Virus record (IMG/VR): IMGVR_UViG_2778261570_000010
Span: 1 to 5,460 of that record
Strand: one strand, 5' to 3'
Source of the DNA: a virus
Lineage: Duplodnaviria; Heunggongvirae; Uroviricota; Caudoviricetes
DNA: 5,460 nt
Shown here: positions 5,354 to 5,460 of the stretch, one piece after another
Position numbering within the stretch: the first letter of the stretch is position 1
How the letters are laid out: the number at the start of each line of letters is the position of its first letter
Notes under the pieces: model-generated
Databases searched by the model: none
What the model saw: the letters and a program-made list of their open reading frames with translations, nothing else
What the model was told of the DNA's origin: nothing
Program-made: the position numbers and the translations under genes

Positions 5354-5430
5354 TGTTTGCATCAACACACCGCACGGTGTTCTCAGCAAACAGTTCCGCT
5401 ACCCCAGCGTTAAGGGGAAATGAGGTCAGC

Positions 5431-5460
5431 ATGGATACTATCGATCTTGGCAACAACGAA
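5431..5460 (+). CDS. 5' end of a small ORF (MDTIDLGNNE…), truncated by the window edge; possibly ydfA-like, first gene of the rightward operon
   Basis: ATG at 5431 preceded by GAGG (5422-5425) and a 5-nt spacer. Only 10 codons are visible. The ydfA resemblance is from memory of the K-12 gene order (dicA, ydfA, ydfB, ydfC, dicF, dicB). Confidence 0.4.
   Translation, partial: MDTIDLGNNE

Overview
This window reads as the early (immunity and replication) region of a lambdoid prophage of the Qin/dicA-dicC type from an Escherichia-like enterobacterium, running into an AT-rich segment that carries a lone periplasmic binding-protein gene. All calls rest on reading the sequence and on remembered family resemblances; no database search was run. 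Right to left: a DicA-like CI repressor (4857-5264, +) is transcribed divergently from a leftward operon on the minus strand, made up of a DicC-like Cro (4543-4773), a YdaT-family cII-position protein (4008-4559), an O-like initiator with an N-terminal HTH and a DnaT-like C-terminal domain (2996-4036), a lambda-P-like helicase loader (2542-3207) and a possible DUF1627-type protein (1868-2509). The O-like gene contains an iteron cluster plus AT-rich inverted repeat, which looks like the phage origin (3551-3752). A 14-bp palindrome, TTAGY-N4-RCTAA, occurs three times: twice in the dicC/dicA intergenic region and once over a rightward promoter downstream of dicA, which precedes a truncated ydfA-like start at 5431. 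Left of the replication module there is a frame-disrupted ORF remnant (about 1260-1738), an AT-rich spacer with a perfect 28-bp palindrome, and a signal-peptide-bearing ModA-family binding protein gene (250-1008) with no transporter partners in view. The most unusual points are the origin embedded in the O-like gene, the 212-nt out-of-frame overlap between the O-like and P-like genes, and this orphan binding protein with perfect palindromes on both sides.
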